From positions 15,580,871-15,644,870 of the forward strand of contig NC_092676.1 in assembly GCF_964355755.1 (NCBI RefSeq): 64,000 nucleotides of DNA, read 5' to 3'. How positions within the stretch are numbered: position 1 is the stretch's first letter; the number at the start of each line of letters is the position of its first letter. The position numbers and the translations under genes were made by a program. Source of the DNA: Antedon mediterranea (taxonomy: Eukaryota; Animalia; Echinodermata). The notes beneath the pieces were generated by a model. The model saw only the letters and a list, made by a program, of their open reading frames with translations. It searched no databases and was not told the DNA's origin. This document shows, in pieces, positions 1 through 17,049 of the stretch.

Positions 1-290
1 GACACTAACAACAGTACACAGGTATAATAGACACGACTCAGTCAGGTGTGGATTCCAAGTGAACGAGGCATTTATTAACAACAGCCTATTATACTATTCT
101 ACCAATAATATCAATGCGCGTAGACCAATCACCCATGTCTTAATACACGACAGTTTACATCTCCAACGCCTTGATGAAGCCTTGAAGTGATTTGCGATTT
201 GTTATTATTTATGTATACCTCTCTTGGCCCGTGGGGTATGTTTGACTATGTTCGCGGAAACCGAGAATCCGGTGGAAAGTACAGCTTTTT
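1..290 (-). mobile_element. Possible 3' end of an LTR retrotransposon (purine tract plus LTR running off the window)
   Basis: On minus, the purine-rich AAGGCGTTGGAGA is followed by TGTAAAC (from ~159 downward), with AATAAA inside the putative LTR (~76-71). Confidence 0.3.
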
Positions 291-399
291 ATTCACTACA
301 GTACTGTATCCTCTTTGAATAATATTGTCATCTTTCTTGTACTATTTGTCCATACACTTTTATGTTAGGATCTGCCTACTATATTTAAATTATTAAATA

Positions 400-685
400 C
401 TGTATATCCTCTGGTATAATCCCACCCCCCTAGGACACGAAATTGGGCCCACTTTGGGGAGGAGGGTGGAACTATACCCGGGGAAACCCTGGTTCAGGAA
501 AAAAATTATTACCGGTAGTAAGAATTTCTTGTAAAAACTCATCTGAATCTGAAAGAGGCCTACAATCAATCCAGATCAAAAGTCAATACTGGGACTACAC
601 CTGGGGATATGCCTGTTTCTGAAATCAGATATAAAGTAGGCGGTGGGATTAAACCTAAAGTGGGATTATACCCGAGGATATACTG
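400..685. mobile_element. Tc1/pogo-type MITE
   Basis: ~27-bp TIRs CTGTATATCCTCTGGTATAATCCCAC / GTGGGATTATACCCGAGGATATACTG flanked by TA on both sides. Confidence 0.75.
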
Positions 686-2589
686 TACGGTAAATCTAGT
701 TTGGAAATTTATGATTGATTATTTTTTTTATTCAGAATAAAGATCTTACAAAGTTTGAAGGGCTTTTCAAAGCGGTTTCCAGCCTCCAGCCTGATTCTTA
801 GTATGTATTTTCTGATTGTAATTTGTAGATACTGTAGTAATAGATAACCATTCCTTAGCTTGTGGTAATGTATTTAATACATGGAATATTATACAAATAA
901 GTATTCATAGAAAAAGAAAATGTAGAATTCAGAAAAAAGAAAAATTGGGAACATTTAGCAGCACCAGGATTTGTAATAAATGATTTTGATCTTTTAGTTT
1001 TACATAATGGTAAACAAAATTAATTTACTTTGTCTAAACCTTTGTCTATACTATCAAACTTTATGTGACAAAGAAATGTGCCACACTAATCTAGAAGCCT
1101 AGGCACAAAGGAATTGAGATGCATTAAAATCTATTAAATAAGAGTGTAAAGAATTGAGTTACTGGGTTTGTGCTGGCAGTTTATACAATTAGTTATTGTG
1201 TGATTATGTATTGAGGGTATATTACAACAATCTCATTTTTATTTATTTTTTTTGCAACTCTATAGACCCATTGATGGAGTACCTTCCAATTTGGCAGAAG
1301 ATCTATTTCTACAACTGGGCAGTGTAATTTTGAGGGAAATGAAATGGAAATCTTTTAACAGCAAAGGCTATTTTATGTGATTGTAATTTTAAAAATAATT
1401 TGATAATCTAGTCCATCTTCCAGCTTTCAACAGAGAATATTGTATAAGACTCATTTTATTATTCAACATAATGGAGTACTTTATAATTCGAATTGCCAGT
1501 GCCTATGGAAATGGCGCAGGTCCTAACTTAGAAAGTGAAATATTGGGAGAACTTATGAAAGCAAAGCAAGAGATGGTGCTTTCACAAAAATAATTTCATG
1601 AGGTGGACATTGCACGAATATAAAAAATGCATTATGTGTTTTAGAAAGCCTACTTTTAATGAGAAGCTAGACCTAAACCATTTGAGAAGGCAGCAATCCA
1701 ATTGGACGCGGAGTAAAACAATTATAGGCAATGTATTGTTACACTACAGGTTGATTTTCAAACATGCAGTCAGCAGCCTCGCATCACACATTCTTCTCAC
1801 TATGTAAGACACTATATACACTCTGACAGAGTTGATTAATACAGTATGTCTTTTTAACATCATGTGACCCACAATTATCAAGTTCAATCACAAGAATCTA
1901 TTCAGTCTAATAATATGTACATATGCCATGTCTGGTAAAGGCAGGTGAAAAATGCATTATTAGTTAATTAATGACTTGTCGCAGAACAGAGAAGATATAA
2001 TAAAATTATACAGATCAGGTCGATTAGAGAAATTGTATTTTATAAGTAGATAGCTCAAAATATCGGGAAGGTCTGCACAACATTGATTATTGAGTAATGT
2101 GATTAGAACAATTAACAGTTTTTAAGTAAGCTTTTCCATGATTTTGACAGATCTCAAGAGATTGTAATAAATGTATAGGTACATATTGATTTAGTTGGAT
2201 GAGTCCAATTATATGTAATTTAAGTTTTCTTAAATTTTCCACATATGACTGACGATTGTAGATACAGTAGTTAATAGTTTTGCATGGAAGCTATCTGGTA
2301 TATTTGACTCTGAAACTATTACCTTAATTTTTGTTGACTCATAAAACGTTTTTGTGATTATCTGCAGACCAGACTCATTAAAAGATGGCATTCTTGTAAT
2401 GTCCATTAGAACAAGGATAGTAAATAGAGCTCTCTTGCAGGTAATCTGGTTAACATTATGTGTTACTGTTGCAGTGTACGCCATAAAAGACAATAGTAAA
2501 CTTTTGCATCGGGACAGTAGAGGGAATTTATACAAAGATTTAACTGCACATGCATTTAAGCATACAGTTTTGCTCATTATCTTATATTA

Positions 2590-3255
2590 TTTACCTCCGC
2601 CAAGGAGGTATATGTAATCGGTAGCGTGTGTTTGTTTGTTTGTTTGTCTGTTTGTTAGCAGGATTACTCAAAAAGTAATTACAAGATCTTTACCAAAATG
2701 AATGTACAGATAGATATGTGGTCAAGGACCATTCCATTAAATTTTGGGACCATTTCAGGACCACTTTTTAGTATACTTTTTTAGACCTGCTAGTGTTAAA
2801 AGATAGAACAGAATTTTTCAAAAGCCGGCGGGCAGTCTTAAAGTAACAAGTAAACTGAAATTGCATTTTCTCGAGAACTACTTGTCCAAAAAACTTCATT
2901 TTTTAACAAGAGCCAAGAGTTATAATTTGTGATTTGTAATTTTAAAACATAATTTGATTTAATGTGCACGTTTTTTGATGCGAGTAGTTTAAAAAACCTA
3001 TTTCTTTTCAAATTCACTCGTTTGATTTTCGCGTTGCTGTTCTATTGTTAGTCAACTGAAGCTATTGTTAATTGAAAGGCTTGTTACATAACCATTACAC
3101 CAAACTCGCATACACATGCTTGTAGTGAAATTAGCCTAAATCACAAACAGCATTAAGACACACACAAATATATATATTTTTTTTTACCGGAGAAATCTTA
3201 TGTAGGAGAATTTTACAGTAGGCGGAGGTATGCACTCTCGGAGTGGCTTTCTAGT
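2590..3255 (+). mobile_element. Non-autonomous Helentron/HINE (DINE-1-like) element
   Basis: 5' TTACCTCCGCCAAGGAGG, then a (GTTT/GTCT)n microsatellite, a 3' inverted copy GGCGGAGGT, a short hairpin and a terminal CTAGT in T-rich context. This is the canonical HINE layout. Confidence 0.8.
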
Positions 3256-3668
3256 TATTACTGTATTTGGTTGATTTAACAAGTCATTTTAAAACTTTTC
3301 AACAACAAAAAATGGCCAATCAATGTGAAGAAAATGTCCATGTTTTTCATTTTAGCTGTAAACACCATATTGTATTTTAATTATATAGTATGCATAAACT
3401 GTGCAATAATTTTCCATCCAAGCCCTCTGACTTTGATTAGGTGTTTTTTTAGTTCGTCCATTTGAACATGTCTGCCAAGCCTGTGTTTACAGGGTCTAGG
3501 ATGAGGCTTTATACAACTGTCACTCTCTGTTAATTTACTGTCACTTTCGTCTACCATCCTGATGCGAAAACTTGCTAATGCAATAAATAAAATAAACTCT
3601 GAAACAACAAGTGCTTGTACACGATCTTATTTTTTATTACAATTTTAATAACAGTTTAATACCATCAT

Positions 3669-6960
<3,292 letters not shown>

Positions 6961-7336
6961 TTTGCAATTTTGCCGAAATGAAAAGGTCAGCCGAGTTAAC
7001 GCAAAGGTCAAATTACATACATTTTTTTACAATCAATAGTAAGTTTTTACCACTCGATAGAAAACACAAACCAAACTAAAAATAATGTTTTATTTATATC
7101 ATATATTTTTCAAATTATTTTTTGTATTAATTATTTGTATACAGCATTATCATTTTAATACTTTTTTTCAATCAAAAAGCCTGAAATTTTAAAAATGGTG
7201 GTGGCCGCCTCTGCTGGATGTCGAGCAACTTTACGCGGTAGAAAATAGACGTAAAGTATTTTGTTTACGTTTTTGTTTGTTTATTTATCATGTAAATATT
7301 ATATTCATATGAATACTTAGATTGGATTTGTTGAAA
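6961..7336. promoter_or_regulatory. Bidirectional promoter between RPL27A and the TIF1-family gene, with TCT/5'TOP initiator
   Basis: Divergent ATGs at 6960 (-) and 7337 (+). Minus-strand pyrimidine initiator CCTTTTC at 6986-6980 lies just upstream of the RPL27A ATG, as expected for a ribosomal-protein TCT/TOP start. YY1-like AAAATGG at ~7192-7198. Confidence 0.7.
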
Positions 7337-10300
7337 ATGGATCATGTGAGCATTCCTTCGTGTCCAATTTGTAAGCAAGAGTTGGCATCAAGGCAACCAA
7401 AGTTGATGCCATGTCTTCATACAGTCTGCAAGACCTGCATTCTAGTGATTCCAGATACCTCGAGTAAGTAACTGTTTGTTTGTGAGACCGGGCATACATA
7501 AAACCAAGGGCCTAGCCTAGGTCTAGTCTGTCAATCACCATAATGATCCTCTACGTTAAATAGAACTCTGTACTGAGTCTAGCTAGGTCTACGTAATTAA
7601 GCTAGGCCTAGGGCTAGGCTATGGCATGCCTAGTTAGTAGATTAGCTAGATAGTAGTGAGCAATTATTAATAATTCAACACAACAGCATTTACTATTAGT
7701 ATTAAAATATTTTTTTCATTATTGAATTGTTTTGTGTGTGTACTATACTAGATAGATAGGGCCTAGGCCTACTATCTGTATTATTTATTTATAAGTCTTA
7801 TATTCAAGTTTCTTTTTCTAACCTAGGCCTAGGCTTAATCATTCCATTTAGTTTGTTTATTTACATTTGATTTGTAAATTTTCTTGTTGTTTCTTCAGCA
7901 TCAAGGTGTCCTGTTTGCAACCAAGAATGCCGTAATTCCACTGACATCATTGATGATTACTTTATCATTTCTGCTGCTATTAAGTCTGAAACAAATAAAG
8001 AGACATTATGTACAAGTTGTGAAGACAGTGCTGAAGCTACATCATATTGTCAAGATTGTCAGGAATGGCTTTGTGATGCGTGCGTCCAGGCCCATTTCCG
8101 AGTACGTGTCACCAAGGACCATATCATCAGTCGGAAAACAGATGCAGAAAGAGCGCTAGCTCGTGTTGGCGACAAACCATTGTTTTGTCCTAATCATAAA
8201 CAAGAACAACTACAACTTTATTGTGAGACATGTGACAGGTTAACTTGCCGGGACTGCCAGCTTTTGTATCATAAAGAACACAAGTATGGATAGTCAGATA
8301 TTATAGTTTATGGTTACTTTAATGTGATATTTTAAAATGATTTACTTTATTTCTAAGTGTGTTTTAAATAACTTTATTATACTGCCTATCCTATTTTGTT
8401 TTCAGTCTTGCTTTCTCATTTTTGTACTGAATGATATCCTATTAACTAATTAATTTGCATATGTTTATTTTCTAGATATCAATTTGTAAGCGAGGCATCT
8501 GCACGTCATAAGTCATCTTTAAAAGTGCTCGTAAATAAATTAGGAGAGAAACAGCAGACAATCACAAAAACAAAAGACACTATTAACGTGAAGGTTAATG
8601 AAGTGAATAAAAAACAAGAGCACACAGTCCGGAATATCCAAAACCTGACATCAAAAATTGTACTCGAAATTAATGAAAGTGCACGCCGGTCTATTGCTGA
8701 ATTATCAACACAGTGCGACAAAAAACGAAGCATGTTGTCATTGCAAATGCAGGAGGCTGTCAAACTAGAGAAAATATTGCAACATTGTCTTAAATTTACA
8801 TCGCAAGCTGTTCAGTCTTCCAGTAATATTGCACTTTTACAAACTAAGAAACAGATAATCAAACAATTGATTCTTGTGTTAAGGACTGGATGTACAAGAC
8901 TACCAGTTACTGGTTTAGATATTAATTACCTGTTTAATTTGACCAGTCAGTCATTATCCCAAATTAGGAATTTTGGTACATTAGTAGTGAAAGAACAACC
9001 ACTTGATACTAACCACCAGTCTTCAACAGCACCAAACCCTCATCTTAAAGCGCAACCAAATTTTTCTCTTGCAATGGGACACAATCGTGGTTCTTATCCG
9101 ATGCAGGCAGTGGCTCCAATCCATCTACAACGTACAACAGTTACAACATTACCGCAAACATCGCAAGCTATACAAATGTTATCTCAAACGAAAAACCATA
9201 CAAATGCCCGATTTGCTGGAATTCATAATAGTAATCTAGTACACAATCCTCTCTATAGAGAGCGGGTTGACAATCTAATACCTAAAGAAAGATTGAATAT
9301 GATGTCGCATGTAGCACCGGTACAAAGTACAAATAATAGTTCACCAGGTGCCCGCAATTCCTCTGCATCAGCAAGTCCGAATGCACCATTGATAGAACCC
9401 AAGAAAGAGCCTACATCGCCAGTGCAAAATCCACCGGCTACCTCTCCTTTTGTTGTTGACAAACCTGATGGTCAGGCTTTGCCTAGAGAAAATCAAGCAA
9501 AGTAAATGGCTGTTTGTTTAACTTTGAACATTTGTTTGTACACTGAAAAGCTTCCATCATTATGTTTTATTTACAGTAATACTAATATGTTTAGAGAAAT
9601 CATTTTTATGTTTCATTTAACATTACCAATTTTAATAAAATATTGTTCTATATTTGTAGGAATTCTGAGAATTCAAGTGACAGTGGGGTAACCTTTGCTC
9701 CAATTCGCATTGAGAATGTTGTCAGTCTTCAAGTAAAAGGGGAAGTAAAAAGTGAAGAGACATCATCTTGTGCTATGATGGCTAAAACAGGTAGCCAACC
9801 ACCACCACCATCTTCAAATGATTTACCAAGTACCAGTTCTATTGACATTCAAGGACCATCATTTAGTATTGATAACACTGTAGATGTAAGTCAGTTTTAC
9901 AATTTATTATAATTAAATTAAAAACAAACAATTAATTTCAGATGTATTTGACAACTTTTATTTGTAACATTACTAATTTATAGGTTCTTTAAAGTGCACA
10001 TGATTATTTTTGTGTACAGTGGACCTATGGTTTATAGTAAGTCATATTTGTTCTACCTCCAAATCCATGGAACGAGTGAGCTTCGAACCCACTATATATT
10101 ACACTTCCACTGTCTTATCACCACGGTCAATCACTCTGCAGCACAATTGTGAAATAAATTTAATTCAGAAATGAATAATGGCCATGACAACAATAATATT
10201 AGATAAGTATGTACTGAACATAAAATAATTATTTTTATTTTCTGTAGTCAATTTTTACAACTAAACCAACTTTTGAAGCACCTACTAAAACAGTACCGCA

Positions 10301-13285
10301 AAAAGTAGGCCTTTCATCTAGTCAAGATAGTAATGATCCTAATGAAGATTGGTGTGCTGTGTGTAAAAATGGAGGAGACCTACTATGCTGTGATAGCTGC
10401 CCTCGTGTTTTTCATCTTAATTGTCATATTCCGACGCTTCCAGACACACCAAGGTAAAAATATTCACATTTTCATTCTATATACAATACAACGGGGTGAA
10501 TCTGATGGAAACATGCTGAAATGTGTATTTATTTCTGTCTACACTCAAAAAGTTTAAATCATCCAATACATCATTTCTCACATTTACATTTACTGTACAG
10601 CATGATTATATACGTTTAATCTGTCAACTTTATAAACTGTGTAGATTAGATACAGTACAGTACCTCTAATCTAATTTACTGTAAAATACCTAATTTTATT
10701 GAACTATAAAGATATCAACTTGGTTTGTCGTTAAATAATAATACTGTGCTTGTAGATAACAACAATTTTATAACCTTTTTAGATTTTCACTTGGTTTTAT
10801 TCAATTCATTGTCATTATTTATTTCATAAAATATAGCCTTTTAACATTTCGTTTTATAGTGACGCATTTGAATGTACTCTATGTAAAAACTTTGAAGACG
10901 ATGATGAAACTGAGACAATAAATGGTTCGCAAAAGCGAAAAGTTCCAGATAAATTATCGCAAAAGTACCAAGCAGTAAGCTATATTATTGTTTATTATTT
11001 CTTTATAGTTTTTATTTTTTCAATTCTATGTTTTGATTTACAATATGAAATTGTCAAAAAATACACATATTATTTCATTTCTTCAGTTCATTTAAATGTT
11101 AATATTGTATTTTAAATCCACCAATGTATGTTTCAGGATGTTTTCAGACTTAATGGAAACTACTTTGTACATTAATTACATAGGCGTGGTTCTTCTATAC
11201 AGTATAAAAATATAACAATAACATTATTTCAACATTAATTATCATCATTATGTATATTTAGAATTCTTCTGCTGTACTTAAATTACAACACAATGTTAAT
11301 TAAACAAAGCCTCTTTTCCACCTAACATGGTAAGTGTGAAGTGAGTCAAATAAAAGAATACTTGGCCTATTTAATGGATAGCTGTTATATAATATTGTTG
11401 TTTCATTATTCATTCTAGGCGTGTGAACGTATTTTGCTTGAACTGTTTTGTCACCCATCAAGTTACCCATTTCATGAACCGGTTGATAGAACTGTAAGTG
11501 TTACAGGGTTTTATACAACAGTTTTAACATTTACACAGTGACTGCATATACTTCTAGTTTGATTAAATATTATTTAGTATACAAATAATGAATGTTTATG
11601 AGTGCAATGGTACAAATAATGGCACGAGGTGAATGATGAAAGGTTATATCAACGAGGCAAAGCCGAGTTGATATAACCTTTCATCATTCACCAAGTGCCA
11701 TTATTTGTACCATTACTTGTACCATTACACGAATACAAAACATTCATTATTTGTTTTATATAACATCTAAATAACAAACAAAAATGTTTCAAAAAGTACT
11801 ATTTAACGATCGTTGAATAGTGCGTACTATTGCACGCCATGTGACCCACATTCGTCCAATCAAATGACAGGAATTTATATAGGTGTTATATAAATAGGAA
11901 TATTCACTTTCTATATGTACAATGATTTTGAGCATGTATTAGTACTTTTAAATCATTTCTTCTGTTTTAAATTTGAATTATATTATGGAAAACTGATTGA
12001 TTGATTAATTTTGTTTAGGTTCCTAACTATTACAAAGTAATAAGTAAACCAATGGAGTTGGTGACAATTAAAGAGAAGTTAAAGCCAACATCAGGTGAAC
12101 AATATGAAACATTAGATGACTTTGTAGAAGATGTCAAGTTAATGTTTAGTAATTGTTTACTGTTTAACGGTGTAAGTACCTCATTCATTCATATTTGTCA
12201 CTTTTCATGCTGCTGCTCTAGCCCGCTACGTCACACGAGATGACTCATTCATTAGATGAAATCAAGCAGCTTTATAGTACTACACTTTGACATTTTTGTT
12301 AAAATGGAAACTCCACTATAATTTATTGGTACCACCTGTTGAATCCAAAAACGGCTGAGAAAAGAGTCTAACGACAAATCCCAAAGCATTCTGGTATTTA
12401 TGAGTCCCATGATATAATTCGCTGTCAGATAATCATTGAATTATTATCAAAACAGTCCATTGAAGTTTTTGTTTATAATAGGATACTTGAAGTATCTAGG
12501 CGTGATGAAGTGACCCCCAGACTTGACCTTAGCAATAACAATAAGCGAGCAGCGTTTTTTGTAAGAAATATTCTTGTTTATGGATGTCTTTGTGCATGTG
12601 GGCTTGTCAGCTATGTTAAGTCTTTTAAAGCTTTCCACCCAGAAACTAATAACTATATATTCTTTAATTATATTAATAATTTAGGTGTATATAACATATT
12701 ATAATAAAGCCAGGGGCGTTTATTTTAATAATATGGTACCAATAGTGAATATTTTATGAGTTGAATTTGTAGAATATTTCCAGAGTTAAAAAAAGATTGA
12801 CTGTTTAATGAAGTAGAGCGGAGTTAAATAGGAAAAAATAGGAGGATGGCAATGAAGGAAATATTCTCTCTGTTCAATGAAATATACCACGCCTACTATT
12901 CTAAATCAAACTTTTAAAAAATAAGGGTGGGGAGTAGAACAGTTATAGATAGTTCACGCTGATCAGTCAATAACCTGTTATTTTTACGTTCAATAGTACA
13001 GTTCATTAAACTGACATGTAATTAACCAATCAAATTGTAAAGATACACTCAAGTCACTTGTCACAAAATACATAAACCTTGTCATTTTAAGCATTTTAAA
13101 ACTACTGTCATTAATTACAGGAAACATCAGATATTGGTCGTGTTGCTAGAAATATTGAACGTTTCTTTTTGAAACAGCTGAAGAAATTTTTTCCGGATTA
13201 TACAGATGATATGTCAAGCAATTACCAGGAAGACCGCTTCAACAAACGCAAACGGCGTCCTCAAGATATTTTACACATCAAATAG
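7337..13285 (+). CDS. TRIM33: TIF1-family (TRIM33/TRIM24/TRIM66, bonus-like) E3 ligase and chromatin reader, 9 coding exons
   Basis: Exons 7337-7463, 7899-8283, 8476-9501, 9660-9885, 10248-10453, 10860-10974, 11419-11493, 12019-12171, 13121-13285 (2478 nt, in frame, GT-AG). Domains: RING ([18 protein letters not shown]), B-box1 ([21 protein letters not shown]), B-box2 (CPNH..CETC..CRDC..HKEH), coiled coil, PHD ([33 protein letters not shown]) and bromodomain ([21 protein letters not shown]). C-terminus ..ILHIK* resembles TRIM33. The symbol is the nearest vertebrate paralog; the gene is probably co-orthologous to TRIM24/28/33/66. Confidence 0.92.
10020..10135 (-). mobile_element. tRNA-derived SINE remnant
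   Basis: Minus strand has an A-box-like CCGTGGTGATAAG and a B-box-like GGGTTCGAAGC, without a complete cloverleaf. Confidence 0.4.
11575..11893. mobile_element. Hairpin-led non-autonomous element (copy 1)
   Basis: ~180-bp near-perfect palindrome 11577-11760 centred on CGAGGCAAAGCCGAG. The distal end TAGGTGTTATATAA is an inverted copy of TTATATAACATCTA at the hairpin base. Confidence 0.75.
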
Positions 13286-13581
13286 GCTTAGCCTTTCAAC
13301 ATTTCATGATATAATTAATTAATAGTAGCAATGTTTAAATAAGTGAAAAATGAATTAAGTTTATTGAAAATAAATTACTATAATTTTAAATGGTTAATCT
13401 TTTAAGTCTTCTAACAGGGTAAATTATGGAGTGATCAATTTCACTAGAATTGCATTAACATCAATTTCTTACCAGTGAGCAAAGTAATATACAAACGAAA
13501 TGGAGAATTGTGAAACCTGCTCTCCCAGGCTATTGAAAGTAGCTCACCACCTCTATTTCAGTTAGTGATTAGAGAACATTA

Positions 13582-13706
13582 AGTTTGGTTTCCACTTGAA
13601 CTCAATACAACATAGGCACAATGCAAGTGAGTTGACCAATCACAAGCTACAGTTTTAATGATCCATGGTCAAATTACTGTTGTTGTGTCCAAGTGGGAAC
13701 CAAGCT
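13582..13706. mobile_element. PIF/Harbinger-type MITE in the presumed 3'UTR of the TIF1 gene
   Basis: TIRs AGTTTGGTTTCCACTTG / CAAGTGGGAACCAAGCT with TTA on both flanks. Confidence 0.65.
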
Positions 13707-16239
13707 TTAGAGTATATTTCCAAGTATTTTGAGGGGCCATTGTAAATAAAAGTGTGTTTGTGAAGCTTTAGCCATACACTAATTTAATTGTTTTTATTCT
13801 AGAGGTTTTCTCTCTGATTTAAAAGCAAATCATTGCTATACAGTTAAAACTGTTCCTTTATTTTAAGGCAACATTTTATTTGGGAATAGTTGGAATGGCT
13901 ACCAATTCATTTGCCAATTTAAATCTGAATGTATATATTTGTTAATGTGCAGTAGTGTTCAGTGTACTGTTTGGTATTCTACTTCATTTCATGTTTGTTA
14001 ATATTTTTTACAATAGTTAATGTATATATCATTTATCTTCTACACAGTTCTAATTCAAATTTAATGTCTCCTTAGGATTGAAATTGAAGTTTTTTAAAAT
14101 AATATTGAGTAAATGACACAATAGCTGATGTGCCGCTTAAATGTGTAATGTTATTATGTTGCTGTTAAAAAGTATTAAAATGTAGCACATTGATGAGAAT
14201 CCAGCCACCTGTGCAATTTTTAAAGAATGTTATGACAAATATGATGAAACAAACATTGTTTACTTATTTAATAGAATATTTTTTTAAAGACTAAAAGTTA
14301 ATACTATTTGTTACAAAATACATAGTATTCAAAGTAATACAGTCAACACTCCCAATACCGGAAACCCTTGGGCTGGACAAATATGTCTGGTTTTCGAGAA
14401 ATTATTTTAGAATTTTTTCAACTCAAGAAAAGTAAGGTTTTTGGGAAGTTTGCGCTTTTTTAGAGAGTCTTGTATTGTCTGTACTGTATATTATAGTGTA
14501 ATTTTTGCTGTGAATACATTTATTTCTGTAACATTATTCTTTTCCAAGGTTGCTATCAAGTCAAGTGCAATCTAATCCTGGACCAATGATGTAACACAGG
14601 AGCTTCATTTATATTGAATCACACCTTAGTATCTGAGCAACAATGTGTTTATTGCCTGAATGTAAAATGAGATATTTAACATCGATAAAATGTGAAATTT
14701 AATTACATTTACGAAGTACCAATAAACTAAATTAAATTAATTTGTTAAATGAAATTGACATTATTTATTATCACATGTTACACAGAAATTGATTGTTCAT
14801 CAGTTTGAGGCCATATGTCAAATTCAAAATAAATGTTACAATAGTAAGCATCAAATCAAATATTTTCATGCTCTTATCATAATTTAACTGATTTTATTTA
14901 CTAAAGGTTTGTACTGTATTAAATAGTTTGAATGGTGACTTATGTTAGCAAACAAGATGGAAGATGTTGACATATTTTTACGATAGGTACAGGTTCGCAC
15001 AAGCATTCTCTTACGAGAGTTCTGCCCCTGTGTAATGTCCGTCCCGAATGTTTAATTGTATTCGGCTTAATTAAAATCATTTGAACTACAAGTAGTGTAA
15101 CTAAGCATCGATTTTCTTAAACAAATAAGAAAAAATAAGAAATAAACACTTAGGATTAAACTATGAAGAATGGCATCGTTGTGTATGTTGAGTAGTTTGT
15201 ACTGAATGTTACAATACAGTATTCTTTCAGTATCTCGTATTTTTACAGAACAGACTTTTACAAGAGGAAGCAAAATAATGTTTTCATATTGATTGATCAC
15301 TTTATTTCAGAATAACAATATATCTATATCATAAAAATAATAATGCAAAGAAAACGAAAATTTCACTAAAATAGGATTTTCTCTCTGTTGAAAACAGATA
15401 CTGCACGAAGTGCATTATAACAAGATATTCATAATTCATACCTCTTATCGCGCCGGAATTAGGAAACTGTATCACGCTTATAGTATAGAAGCTTATAGTT
15501 CTACGGCTGAACAAAATGGGTATTTGGAAAATCGGACTGGGCATGCATCATTAATTTAATGAAGAAAGAACAAAAATATAAAAAAAATCGAGCGGTGTTT
15601 TTTTGTAAGATATATGTTTTTTTTAAAACTTATGAATACACTCATAAAAAGATTGTATTCTAAAAAATGTCACTACAATGCTTTAATGAATCTAACAGCA
15701 TTCTCAATGAGTTATTATATATAATTATTATATACTGTAGTATGATTACACCATAATTTGCTTTTTAATTTCTGATCTGTATACAGGGTATTTGAGCTTA
15801 AATCTAAATGTTTTTCAATCACGAACACAGAACACCATATTATTATTATAGGACACTAATTGCCCATATAGATCCAAGTATTAAACGGTAAATGTATACG
15901 TTAAAGCTAGGAAGGCCTCTGCACTAATGTTATTCTTATACAGTACCGAGGACCATGCAGGGTGCTTATCGTCAAACAAATTGGATTTCCCATACAAATA
16001 ATTGTGAAAGTTCATCAATATGTTTGTGCGGCCTTCCATTCCTGAATATGCTTCCGAGTTGGAATCCCACCTTAAATTCAATTAAAAGAAATCTAATGAA
16101 TTCAAAAGAGAGCAAGTAAGTCATTTTTGCCCGCAGTGAGGCCCTTCGGTTTAGAAGAAGTTTGCTTTATGCCAACTTCAAAGACCACAATGATCATGAC
16201 CTTTCATTATTTTAACTTTTTAAATTCCCTGATTTTGAA

Positions 16240-16818
16240 GTTATGCTCAAAATGGTTTTAAACGTTTACAAATACGATTTTAAGCTATTCTGTGTACTTT
16301 GATGTTTTTATGTGAAAAAGTTTTATCGAAAAGCTCAAAATGATCTAAAAAGTTTCCAAATGCGATTTTAAGCTAATCTGTGTGCTTTGTTGTTTTTATA
16401 TATGAAACAGTATTATCGAAATGCTCAAAATGGTTCGAAGGTCCGCTTCAAATGCGATTTTGATGTTTTAATGTGAAAACGTTTATGGAAATGATCAAAA
16501 TGGTCTAAAACCTCTCCAAATTTGAAGCTATTTTGCGCACTTTGATATTTTAATGTGAACAAGTTTTATCGAAATGCTCAAAATGTACTAAAACGTCTCT
16601 AAATGCGATTTGAAGCTATTCTGTGCGCTTTGATATTCTTTTATAAAAAGGGTATTATCGAAATGCTCAAAATGCAATTTGAGGCTATTGTACGTTTATT
16701 GATGTTTTTGTGTGAAAAGGTTTTATCGAAATTTTCAACATGGTCTAAAACATCTTGAAATCCGATTTGAGGCTATTCAAAGCACTTTGATGTTTTTGTG
16801 TGAAACGGTTTAATCGAT
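16240..16818. repeat. Degenerate minisatellite, ~70-90-bp unit, ~7 copies
   Basis: Recurrent GCTCAAAATGG..AAATGCGATTT.AAGCTATT..CTTTGATGTTTT..GTGAAA..TTTTATCGAAA starting at about 16244, 16332, 16422, 16492, 16575, 16664 and 16731. Confidence 0.9.
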
Positions 16819-17049
16819 ACAAAGTTAAATTGAAATTGTATATTTATTCCTTTACCATAAACAAATTAAATATAGAAATATTATTAAACTATCTTTCGTG
16901 AAAAAACAACGCGCTCGGCGTCCAGTAGTTGACGTGAACTGTCTATTCGGCAGTTTTTTTACTAAATAAATTGCATAAAACGAACAATAATTAAATATCC
17001 AAATAGCATTTAATATGGATCTGGATCATTCTACTCTAATAAAACAGGA

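Noticed and set aside
2230-2617. Overlapping 115-aa and 87-aa ORFs
   Set aside because: No recognisable domain or exon chain, and one runs into the Helentron-type element.
8506-9462. Minus-strand and alternative-frame ORFs over the TIF1 gene (8506-8763, 9003-9239, 9253-9462)
   Set aside because: Shadow ORFs of the real coding exon with no recognisable motifs.
10066-10130. Functional tRNA genes here, at 32140-32203 and at 50115-50195
   Set aside because: A/B boxes are present but the acceptor and anticodon stems do not pair properly; more consistent with SINE heads or pseudo-tRNAs.
14337-14490. Possible Tigger-like MITE (TACAGT...ACTGTA)
   Set aside because: The inverted repeats are too degenerate beyond the terminal bases to support a call.
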